Source of the DNA: Selaginella moellendorffii
Taxonomy: Eukaryota; Plantae; Lycopodiophyta
Direction: 5' to 3'
NCBI RefSeq assembly: GCF_000143415.4
Contig: NW_003314261.1
Location: 1,626,117-1,690,116, forward strand
Length of the DNA stretch: 64,000 bases
Positions 49,725-61,599 of the stretch are shown one piece after another. The notes under the pieces were generated by a model. The model was not told the origin of the DNA. It saw nothing but the letters and a program-made list of their open reading frames with translations, and did no database searches. The position numbers and the translations under genes are program-made. Positions within the stretch are counted from its first letter, which is position 1. Each line of letters starts with the position of its first letter.

Positions 49725-52700
49725 AATATATATATTTTAATATAAAAAACAGAATCAATCCATTTACCTAACACCAATAATAATTTGGCTACCTGAAAAT
49801 AATATCTATACTTACTAAGAATATTCAAATTATAACCCAACGTATAAATCATTTTCATTGATCTTGTTATAATTATTTGATGATATTAGATTTATTTTAG
49901 ATCTCATGCTTCTTCAATCTCTTATATATCTTTAGCTAAGTTTCAAGATATTTGTTATCATGATATGTTTTTTCTATTTTTACCATAGTTGTTCATCTAA
50001 CATCTTTCAGTGTTGAGAACAAGTCAGCTCTTCCTTCTAAGTTTATTGACTTTATCATATATTTACTATCAAACTTTGTTAACATACCAATTTTCAGCTC
50101 AAAATTAGAAAATCTTTGTTGGTGCTGAAGATTTATTGACTTGGTATGACTTCTGTAAAGCATCAAGATTTGGTAGAGTTAAAGAAAAACATTTGCAAAG
50201 CCATCAAGCAGAGTGTTCAAAATGTCAAGAGTTTATTATTGAGAGAAGTTGAGATGATAAAACTATTGATAAAATAATAAAGAAAATAATTAAAAAATGG
50301 AAACTCCAACAAATACAAAATTAAAAATTTTTATTGCATATTTTTTCCTTTATACCCATGAGTTTCCTGATCCATGAGTAACTACCATCACTAGTAATAA
50401 AGTGCAAAGAGCAACATAAAAAGTAGTCAAATAGCCCTTCCATTGACAATAGTAGAGTTGAAATCCAAAATCTATAAAGCTCATTTATTAAGTTCTGAGT
50501 GTTTTAAACCAAGTATTGCAGGAAACCAAACTTTCTCTTCAGCAAACAGAATGATTTAGAACCTTTTGTGTTGTGCTATCACTCTCTCAATTTTTTGTAA
50601 ATATTACTAATGTAAATTATTTAAGTTTAGCTAATATTATTAAAGTTTTAATAATATTTATTATACACAAGAAAACAAAGCATTACTTTAACACAAATTG
50701 TGGAATTTAGTTTTGGCCTCAAGAAATGTTGGTGTGAAGCATTGGACTATTTTATTTCTTCACAAAAGTATTGGTGATAAGAACAAGTTAATCTCACATA
50801 AGAACAAGTTAATCCGTCTGTTCCTATTCAAGTGTTGAGTAAAAAATATAATATAATATTAGATATATTTTAATAAAAATATATATTTGTTAAGGTTTTT
50901 ATTAAGATAAACTTGTATTAGTATAAAAACTGAATTATTTATGAGGTTTCTATAAAATTAATACTATGGCAATCCATATATACTGCATTTTTTTCATGCT
51001 TTTGTATTCATATTTTATCGCATTTTGTGAACAGCAATAAGGTAAGAGTTTGAATACTAATATCCAGTTAATTTATGGAATCTAATTAAACAAAATGTTA
51101 ACTAGTGTAATCATATAATTAATGTACAAATTGATGTGTAAATAAAGCAGAAACTGATGCTAGATATTGATATTTTCTTTTCCTTTTATGAAGGACATTA
51201 GTTACCATTTTATAATATAGATAAAAAAGATAATAATTTAACATCTTGACTTATTTAATGTTGAAAGAGATTTCATTCCTAATGAAGATAAGATATGTAG
51301 AATGATATTACAACATGATAATGTTGGTGGATATGAAAATTGATATATTCTTTTAATATATTTATTTTGTGCAAATAAATTCTAAGTAGACTGGTTTAGG
51401 GTCCGATTAACCTTACCTTTTTAACTATATGTTTTCTTTTTTTAGTCTTTAAATGTTGAATTTATAAATATCAGATTAATCGTATTACCATTAAATGGTA
51501 AAATAATTTATAATATATTAGAAAGTGATTAGAAAAGTTTATAAATTGTAAACATGTTTATAAATTATAAATACAAAATTAATCCAAATGGATAACAAGC
51601 ATATAGATATCCTAAAATATCCAAGCATATTATAAATATAGTCATTAGCCCCTTTACCAGCTTAAACAAACCAAAAATCAAAAAGTGTATGGCTGAAACC
51701 ATTTAAAGGCTCTTTTAGAATAATGCTATTCTCTTGTGAATTTATATTATTATAATATAAGCTTATGAGTTTGTTACTTGTGGTTTATAAATATTAATAT
51801 GTATTTTTAATAAGCATATATATATATAAGTAATTTCTTTTAAAAACTTTTAAAAGTTTAAATTGGTTTTTAGTGATTTATTGAAGCAGATATAGAAGTA
51901 GCTCAAGTCACACATAAAATCATCCGTTGTTGCCACCTTGTTCCAATGCTAAGCCTCCAAAAGAAGGTGAAAGAAAACAAGACCGCTGCTACCAAGATAC
52001 TGGATGGGAGATCATCAAGAGTTCCACAGACCGTAAAGCCTATCAATATTGTAATATTTCATATGTTGCAATATATAGTGAAGGAATGTAGGGGAATGTC
52101 ACCAACTTGGCTACTATTTTTATTCTTGTTTTTGCTTCTGTTTTGGCATGGTAAAAACTTACTTTATGATGAGAATGTGCACAGAAGTGGTGGTAACTCC
52201 TTCATTTTGTTGAGGCCAAATAGTTTTTAGTGAAGCACTTGCTTAGACATTTTTAAGTTATAATCAAGTTTGAGTTTAGATTTGTTATTTTCAAGAAGAT
52301 TTTTTTTAAAAAAAATATAATAACCATGAAAAACGAGTCTAAGAAAAGAACAAAGAACAGATGTAGCAAAAAAGTTTTGTGCGCAGCATTGGTGTTTGTC
52401 GTAGAATCCTGACTTTTGGAGCAACCCAGGTGCTCTCTCGTAACATCTAGGTAATGAACAAATACGGATAGAAAAGAAAGCCTGGAGCTTACCAAGTTAC
52501 ATTTTTACCAAGTATCCACCGCCAGATCCCCCTCAAATCGATGTCGCCACATTTGGTGGGGTACAGCGTACACTCGGAGAATCTTCGCGCACAGAACCTC
52601 CTCCTACGGTTAAGAGAACAAGGACGAAACCCGGTGAGGGACGTGTCACACGTAAGCTTCTCACCACAAAAGAGAAGCGATTGTTCCACTTCCTACGCGG

Positions 52701-53070
52701 GGTGGCGGACGTACCACCACCAAGTTAGCCATGGCTGGATGGAGGTATCCTGCCACTTTAGTACGGGAATGATAAGCTCTCGGAAAAAAGATAGTTTGTT
52801 TCTTCTTACTTTAGCTGCGATAGCGTCTCTTCCCAGTCCGTTGCATTTGGAAATCCGGTTGATGATGGCAAATCGGTGTCGCTGTCGACGCAAGCAGACT
52901 GGAAAAGCTTCGCGCTATAAGCACAAGAGCAAGCGAGCTTACCTCGTTGTCTCTTGGTTCTTCTTGCTCGTTTTCGTCTCGTTCGTCGCCAAGTAGCGGA
53001 AGAAGTTTGAGTTCTTCGATCTTGCATCTCTTTTCTCCCTCTCGCCGCTTGATTCTCGCAGGAAGAAGCG

Positions 53071-54616
53071 ATGATTCTCGACACAGCCGATGATTCTTAC
53101 TCGCTCCAAGCTGTTGTCGACGGCGCCTCGTCCTCGTACAATCACTCTCCTCCTCCTCTTCCTCCCAGCGGCTTCATCCACCTTTCTCCTGTTGTTTGCG
53201 TGCTCGAGCCATGCGCTGCTTGTTCTTGCGCTTGCTGCTGCCAGTGTCCATGGTGTTGGACTGAAAAAGCCGCTCCTTTCCAGGTCCAGTGGGTTCTCGA
53301 GCAGCAACAATGCGAGGAGCTCGATTGTAGCGAGCTCTTTCTCCTCAGCCAGTGCGCTGCTGCTGCTGCTGCTGCTATGGAGAACTTCACGGATTCCTCG
53401 CCACCACCTATTGACGCTGCTGCGGAAGACGAGCGTGCTGCCTTCTTCTACAGCTTCACGGACGGCTGCCTGGCTTCGATGGACGACGCCATCGTCGCAG
53501 ACGAATGCTGGAACAGCCTGCTCGATCCCAGAGTCTTGCTGGAAGATGAAAAGCAGCAGTGGGGAAAAGTTGCTGCCTCGACACCACCAGTGAATGTCCG
53601 AGCCCAAGAAACCAAGTTTCAGTGCGGCGATGGAAATTGTCAAGAACATGCCCGCCAGGAAAACGCCAGGTACGAAGAGAAGCGCTGCTCTCTTTTCATG
53701 ATCCGATCTTCGGTGCCTGTTCTTCCAGGATCCGGGAGTTCCGAGCAGCGTTTAAGCGGGCTCTCCGGGACAACTTGGTCATCGACGTTGATGCTGCCAC
53801 GGACGTCAAGGTAAGTGAAGAAGCCACCTTCCTTTCAAGAACTTGGAGGAAAAAGAAAAATCTCTCACCGGGTTTCTTAGAGATCTTCTCCAGTGCGAAG
53901 TTGTGGATGACGACGACGACTTCACACTTCCGGGGCTCCGGGAATATCACCCAACCATGGATCCACTCCAGAGGAGTCCAGAAGTAGCCGGAGGAGTGGA
54001 GTCTAGGAACAAGAGAGTTCGCAAGACCCAGTCGGATGATAGCTTCCTCGTGGACGCGCTTCGGCGTAAAAAGGCAAGAACCAAGCTCGACTTCCACATC
54101 CCCGAGGCCGATGTCTACGCGATGCATCCGGCTTTGCTCCTGCGAAATTCTCCAGGTGAGTCACTGGAGAGCTGACAGAGAAGAAAATTCTCTCCATCCT
54201 GTCGTTCCTCTCTACTCTACTAGAATTCTACCACGGATGTGTTCGTCTTTGTAGCTGGAACGCGATATTTCTTCTCGAGGACGAAATATTACTTCTGCCG
54301 GCCGGCGCGATCGAGGACGACGCTGGAGGGATGGCGATGGAAGCAGCAAGGGCCGTCGCTGCCGATCAAGATGAATGGGGAAGTGGTGGCCTACAAGACG
54401 TACCTCAGCTTCGTGCCGCTCAAGAACAACGCCTCGTGGCTGGAAATGCTGCTAGAGGCGGCAGAAGGGAGGAGGTCGAGAAGGTGGGCGCGCTACACGA
54501 TGGAGGAGATTGTGCTCAAGGAAGACCGAGCGATAGAGCTACAAATGCTCAAGGCCTGCCTCATCCCGCGTCCATTCCGTGTGCTGTGTCGAATCTCTAG
54601 CCGACAAGATCCCTAA
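53071..54616 (+). CDS. Atypical protein with a divergent C-terminal NAC-like domain (exons 53071-53669, 53729-53810, 53894-54155, 54255-54616)
   Basis: Exons join in frame via GT-AG introns. C-terminal blocks LPGLREYHPT / SDDSFLVDALRRKK / IPEADVYAMHP / RYFFS / WRWKQQG..PI..GEVVAYKTYLSF / YTMEEIVL / VLCRI follow NAC subdomain order. True start could be 53377. Confidence 0.75.
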
Positions 54617-54689
54617 ATTCAGTAGAAGCAAGTATATTCATTTTCAATAGCAATTACAAATTAATGTAAATTAATAAAGTGGTAATTTT

Positions 54690-57600
54690 GAGTTAACGTA
54701 TCCAGAATAATATTATCTTTATCAAGTTTATAAATGATTTTATTATCAAATCTAGCAAGTTTCTCTTGCCAATGAGTTTGTTTTGGTATAAACTTTGGCT
54801 ATGTAGCAAAGTAGCTCAATCTGTTACTATTTATATAAATCACTTAAATAATATCTCCAATATTCCAATAATGACACTAAAGCAAATATTTTTCTTTCGT
54901 GTGTTGGCCATCTTTGTTGGGTTTCATCCAATTTGTTAGAGTAAAACACAATGGGACAACTGTGTTGCCTTAGTGTAACATTAATTGCATTGTCGCAATC
55001 TTGTTGTAACATGGCATCTATCACATAGGTAAATGCATCACAATAGACTTTGAAGGGTTTATGAAAATTTGGGATTCTGAGAATAAGAATTATCAACCGT
55101 ACAAAAGCACACTAATAAATTGATGTCCAATGAAATAGAATATTACCCTTCATTAACTCAGTCAATGAAAGAGCAATACTTACAAAATTGTGAATAAACT
55201 TGTGATAGTATCCTGCCAAACCAAAAAAGGAATGAATATTTGATATAGTGGTCGGGACTTTCTAAGACTTCACTACTTCTACCTTTTTGGATCCACCTCA
55301 ATTATGCCACCACCAATTATATATTTAAGAAAGTTCATGCATAATTGTCCAAAAGCGCATTTACTTTCCTTAGCATATAGTTTGTGTTCATACAACTTCT
55401 GAAATATTAGCTCCAAGTGTTTCAAATGATCTTCCAACGTTTTATTAAAGATTAGAACATCATTGATATATAGGACAATAAATATGTCCTTATAATCTTT
55501 GAATATTCTTTCCATCATTGTGTTGAATGTTGCTAAAGCATTATATAACCCAAATGGCATGACAAGGAATTCATAGGATCTATACCAAGTCTTGAAGATT
55601 ATCTTCTTCACATCTTAATCTATTACCCATATTTGATAATATTTAGACCGTAAATCAAGTCAAATAAAATACTTAGCCTTTAAGAGTTGGTCAAACAAGT
55701 TATCAATGTGAGGTAAAGGATAATTGTTTTTGACCATGATTTTGTTGAGAACTCAATAATTAATACATATCCTCATGGTACCATCCTTTTTTATAACAAA
55801 AATGACTAATGCTTCATAAGATCATTTATTTAGTTGAATATGATTTTTGTCAAGAAGCTCCGTAAGTTGCTTCTTAAGTTTAGCCATCTCTTTGATGTGC
55901 AAACAATATGGAACTTTCATAGGTGGTTTGAGACCTAGAATAACCTTAATTTGATAATCAACCTCATAGCTTTGGCGGCAAATCCATCAAAAAGATATTT
56001 TGATTTCATACTAACAATTCCAATATTTCCTTTGGTACAAGATTAACCCCGTTACTGGCTTGAACTGAGTCACCATCACCCTTAGTTTCTATCACTTGAC
56101 CCTAAAAGGTTTGACATCCCTTCTTAACTACTTTTTGAGTGGCTCTTGCAATCAAAAACTTAGCATCTCAATACTTTGAAGAGTGCTTTTGTAACTGAAA
56201 GGACACATCAAGATGTCCTTTTGACCTATGATGTGACTTTGTGTAACACCATATATCCCTTTTATATATTTATTGAAAAAATTTATATCAAACACCATAT
56301 GAAAATTTAGTATATTCAACACTACCAAGTTCACTTTTTCTTTCCACTTGGATATTCTTATTGGAACATCACTCACAAATCTTCTATCTACTTGCCCACC
56401 TTCTACAAACCGAAAGTGTATGGGCAACATCTAATTAACATTCAATCCTAACAACACAACTAAGTCTTTGGATATCATGCTATGCTTAGCTCTTGTGTTA
56501 ACCATCACTCAAATTCGGTGTTCACAGATAAAACCTACTACATAGGTCAATAACTTAGTGTTTGCATTGATTACAAGAAAAGTTTGAGGAAAGTAACAAA
56601 AGTAACTCACCTCCTCTTCTTCATAGTCTACATTGACCAACTCATCAATCCCTTCAATTTCACCACCACCATCTTCCCTCATGACATTAACATGAGATCT
56701 TCTTTTATATTTGGTTAGAAATTTCGAGGACCTATATTCTATCTCTCCATAATGGAAGTAATAACCCACACTACCCATTCTGCTAGGGGTAAATTTCACA
56801 AGTTGTTGCTGCTTGTACCCACTAGAAAGAGGAATAGAGGGCTTAGGATTAGAAGAAGTTGCTAGTGGTCACAAACCACCACCTTTGTTAATCATTGTTT
56901 ATGAGCCTCCAGGGCAGAACTTTCCTTTTACCCTCTGTTTTCGATCACTTTATTTATTCCTAGAGTTTTTATTCTTGTCCAAGGTACCAATATATAGCTG
57001 CTGATATTGTTCCATGAGCAAGTGACTAAAGGCAACTTGTTGTGTTGCATTTTTATACTCCAGGTATGTCTTCGGTTTAAACTTCAAAATCTCATTACGA
57101 GAAAGTGAACTTAAACCTTATAGGAAATAACTTCGAGCATCTTTATCACTCATATTTGTAATCATAATGTGTTTTTGAGCAAATGCATTAACGTAATGCA
57201 TAAAATTCCCTCGCTACTTTAACCACCATAGCTCTACATGAAATCTTAAACCAATATTGTTTGGCAAATATTCCTTATAGATATGAGATCACATTTTAGT
57301 CCAACTTCTAGTCTGCTTTTTTTCAACACACATCTGGCACTACCAAATTTTGGCATGATCAGTGAGAAAGGATTGTACACATGCAACTTTTAAATGATCA
57401 TCTACATCTACCACTATGAAATAGTTTTCCATATCCAAAGCTTAATAGTCCTACATACCTATAAAATTGGGTGGTTTCAGAGGCTTGAACTTTGAAACTT
57501 GTACAACCATGGCGGTGTAAGCCACAAATTTTTCCTTTCCAATTTGCTAGCTTACCTCGTCTACCCGTCCGACACTGCCCTGGCTTTTGCTAAGTTCCCT

Positions 57601-58675
57601 CGCCAAGGTTCTCGCCTATGGTACCAACTCCTACTTGGTCCTATTTGCTTTCAGCTACTCACTGCACGAGCAACGGAGCGTTAGCCATCCATCCACGGAT
57701 TCCCAATCTCTCCTAATCCCCCTCCTCGGGTTAGACTGGACTTAAGGTTCGGCTACACTCCCCGCAAGCATAAGCAGCCAAGCACACCAAGCTTCCAGGT
57801 TCCTAACATCCCTTGGTACCACAAGACTTGATCATGGGACCCTCTAAATCCCAAGTCTTGAGTGCAACACTTGCTTTGGGACGCCGGGGCGAAACACCGT
57901 GGCCTAGCGGCCCGGTATGGGTACCTCTACCCCCCTACTTCCATCCCGAAGGAAGGCCCAAGCCCCTAGGAAGGGCGAGGACCAATGAGCCGCATGGTAC
58001 TCAAGTGGGGCACCACTCCACATGAGCCAGGAGCACCGCAATCGGTTTCCCTTTCGGGAGTGGGAGCTGCTCTTGAGCACTTCCTTGGATGGCCCCTCCG
58101 GCACCAACCAAGTCCATGCTCACTCCCACCCAAGGCCCCTCGGTCCCAGTCCCAACCTCAAGTCGGTTTGGGAGCCCCACTGGAGAGTCCCTTCAAAACT
58201 GGTTCCTGGACCTCACTATCCCTACTATACTTTTGGAACCCCCTGCAGCCCCCCCCCCCCCCTGGGAGACGCACGCTTTGGGTTTTCACCCCTTGACCCG
58301 TATTAGTATTTGGACTTAGTCTCTGGCTCGATCTCGGACCCGATTTCGGATCCGACTTCGGATTCCGTCTCGGACTCGATCTCGGACTTGATCTCGGACC
58401 CGATCTCGGACCCGACCTCGGACTCGACCTCAGACTCGGTCTCGGACCCGATTTCAGATCTCGGACTCCGTCTCAAACTCGGTCTCAAATTCGGACTCGA
58501 ACTTGGTCCCCGAGTTGGTCTCAGACTCGATTCCGGACTCTATCTCGAACTCGGTCCTAGAGTCGGTCTTGGACTCGATCTTCGACTTGGTCCCATCCGA
58601 TGAACTCTTTGTCATTTTGATCATGCTTTCGGGGTTCCTTTAGCCTACGACACTTCGGCGAGTTGGTTCCTTACA
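54690..58675 (-). mobile_element. Decayed, 3'-truncated Ty3/Gypsy LTR retrotransposon (gag-PR-RT-RNase H; putative LTR ~57627-58675)
   Basis: RT YEFLVMPFGLYNALATF..VLYINDVLIF; RNase H FKVYCDAF...WPTHERKIFALV, WQEKLARFD..I.YK; protease/gag remnants; PBS-like TGGTACCA near 57626 (minus); minus-strand TGTAAGGAACC start at 58675. No integrase or 3' LTR seen; LTR limits uncertain. Confidence 0.88.
58310..58600. repeat. Imperfect 12-bp tandem array (gactcgatctcg-like)
   Basis: Repeats of gacccgatctcg/gactcgatctcg/gactcggtctcg, giving the periodic ISDP peptide in the ORF track. Confidence 0.9.
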
Positions 58676-61599
58676 GGCGGTTGTAGAACTTCATTATCCT
58701 CAGAACCTTAAAAAGAGTCCAGTTGCTTAAGTATAGTTGATTTAATTGCCTTAACTTTTGTCTTCCTCCTCACAATCCCATGAGCACCAACTCTCTGTAT
58801 GCAGCACTTGCATGCTACATAGTGTCAAACGGTTTTTAGCATGATTTCAGCATATTAGTGGCTTAACACGAGGAAAAGGGTACCCCACCAACTCGAGCAG
58901 CGTGGAGCTTAGGCTTAAACCCAATCTGAATGTAAAATAATGAGCAACACAACCTAATAGAATCCAAATTAATGTCTCAGGTGGTCAGACATGCAATCTA
59001 ACCACTATCCCTACTATATATTTGGAACCACTTAGAGCCCCCCCCCCCCGAACACATGCTTTGGGCTTTCATCCCAAACCTCCCTTAGTACCAGGAGTTA
59101 ATCTCTAGGACAAGTGTGAAAGTTACTAAATATGGAATGGCACTAGATTATAAATTTGGAAGTAGGAACAACACTATTGGGTTTAAAACATTATCTACAT
59201 TCCATAGATATGTTTCTTGGGGTGGATCTACACATGTACTATAAATAGTATATGGATCTGGAATGGAACTAATACATAGGGCATGATAACGAGGGTGTTT
59301 GGTGGACACAATAAACTACCATGTAACGATATTAAGGGACTAGTCTTAATATTATGGAGGTTCTCAATATTAATAAATGTAAGCCAATGAATGAATTTCT
59401 CTAACCAAGTCAAATATGCTTAACTAATAGCATTTAGGAATTCCATCCTTATGCTCATTTAGTCAAGTGCTCATTTATCCTTATGTGATAACTAGTTTCT
59501 TAACTAGTTTGAGTGGAGACCATAAAAGGAACTAACAATATTAACCTCTTACTGTCATGGCAGTAAGGAAAGAGTGTCTGTAAGGACTACCCGACAAGCA
59601 TCTTTCAATACTCGAAGTCATATTTGCGACAGAAGTGGAGAATCTTGCTACACACTCTATAACTGCAATGCTTGGATGGGCGGTGGATAGTGTGCTCATG
59701 ACTACCACCAGGCATATGAGATGGACTTGATTCCATCATCACTATTTTAGTAAGAAACAGAAAATGTATCTTTATTTGTTTGTATTTTTACAATATTATA
59801 TTTCTACCAATACCATTTTATATCCCACAGACAAGTTGCATTATTTTTATTGGGTACTGCCATATAATGTGTCAGAATTTACTCATGCATTGGTTTCAGA
59901 TTATATGTTGATTGTATATTGAACATTCCATTCCGAATGTTCCTCTTTTTGTCTTTTTGTCCCTGCTCTAAGAATGGATTGTACAATTTTGTCCTCAAGC
60001 AGTGATGCAGTTGATTATCTCTCTACTCCATCACATCTTCAAGAGGTAAACAATAGTAAATCCTATATGTTAGATTAGAGTCTAGGGGATGTTTATAGTA
60101 AGTTTCTAAGTCTATAAGCAGGTATGTTGCTAATCTAAAAAAAGTTTTATTTAACTCTATGCAATGTTATGGTAACTCCCCAGATTGGAAACACACCTCC
60201 TCATGTTGAAGAAGGGTTGATTGGAAACAATATCAATGTTAGCAAGCACAATGGCATTCCTGATAATTTAATATGACCTTTGTTTGCTTCTGTTACAACA
60301 ATGTAATAGTTGATTTGGAATTACAAGGGATGCAAACTCTAACCTCATACTTAACATTAGTGGTATGCTCTATTATTTTGTTTATTTTGATATCTCTTTT
60401 AACTTTCTGAGTAACATGCATCGACATTGCCTAATGTTTATATTTTGATTATCCTTTGATGTAATCACTATATTTTTAGGTATGTTACAAACTTTTTATA
60501 GCCATTTGCCTTGCTTAAACATAGATCCAATAGGAGTGTCAAGGGGCTAGAGTGTGCTCACAATCAAGACAAAGTCAAGATCATGGGTTTCTCTTTTTTT
60601 TAAAACTAAGTGTGATTAATTAATGGGTAATTAGCAATAATCCTGAGGCTGTGACCCTTGGGGCAGTTATCCATTGTGGGGGTGGAAACCCTAGTAAGAC
60701 AAAATACAAAAGAGGGTTTGGTGAAAAGTAAAGAGTAAGTGGTGGTGTGATGAAGAGGAACAATGGCACTACAGAAGAGGCTGGTGCCGAGGACGATGAA
60801 CCTCTGGATGGCCATGGTGACAATTAGCACTAGAGTATAAAAAGGCTTAAGTCCCTAGGCAACAATGGTTTTTTCGTGCTCACTTGTCTTGATGTTTGTG
60901 GAGTTTTTCCTCCATAAGGAGTAAATTTACTTCCAGAACTATTGGTTGAGAATAATGTTAACAAGAACAACTTTAGCAAATATGGAATTTGGTTTTGTGG
61001 GGGGTTCTAAATGTATAATAGAAATAGTGGTTAGATTAGGTATGGATGACTAACCTAAGGCATAGTTTAGCTCTTGTTTGCATGCCTATCTTTGTTTTGC
61101 ATCTGGATTGGGTTTAAGCCCAAGTTTCACACCATGCTAGCTGGTGGAACATTCATATTGCATTAGTCCACTAGTATGCTAAAATAACACTAAACTTTAT
61201 TTGGCTTCATTTTGTATATTAATCCTAACATTCGGATGTTAAATGCTATAGGACTATTCTTATGTCACTCCGTGCTCCTATCCCCTTGCTCCTTAGGTTG
61301 AATGCTCAAAAATCACTCCATACTCCAATTCTTTCACTCTTTAGCTCTAAGCTTGGGAGTTTAGCTTTGTTTTTTCATTCAATGGCTTAAGGCTCTAAAA
61401 TTTGGGTTTCGCTCTGCTGTCGTTAGACATGTGGCATGTGATATATGGCATGTAACACGTGGTATATAAAGGGTGTAAGTTTTGTTTTATGGTTATCCTA
61501 TGGTAAATCATCATAAGATAAAGGGTGAAAACCACATGCACTATATATAGAAAGAAGAAAATTGTTTTGCTACACTTTCAAATTATCCTATATGTGGTG

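Noticed and set aside
49366-49858. Six ORFs of YIYI/ICIY repeats
   Set aside because: Translation artefacts of the TA/TATG microsatellite.
58303-58603. ISDP-repeat ORF or CRISPR-like array
   Set aside because: Spacer-less 12-bp tandem repeat in an LTR-like region; eukaryotic context and no cas genes.
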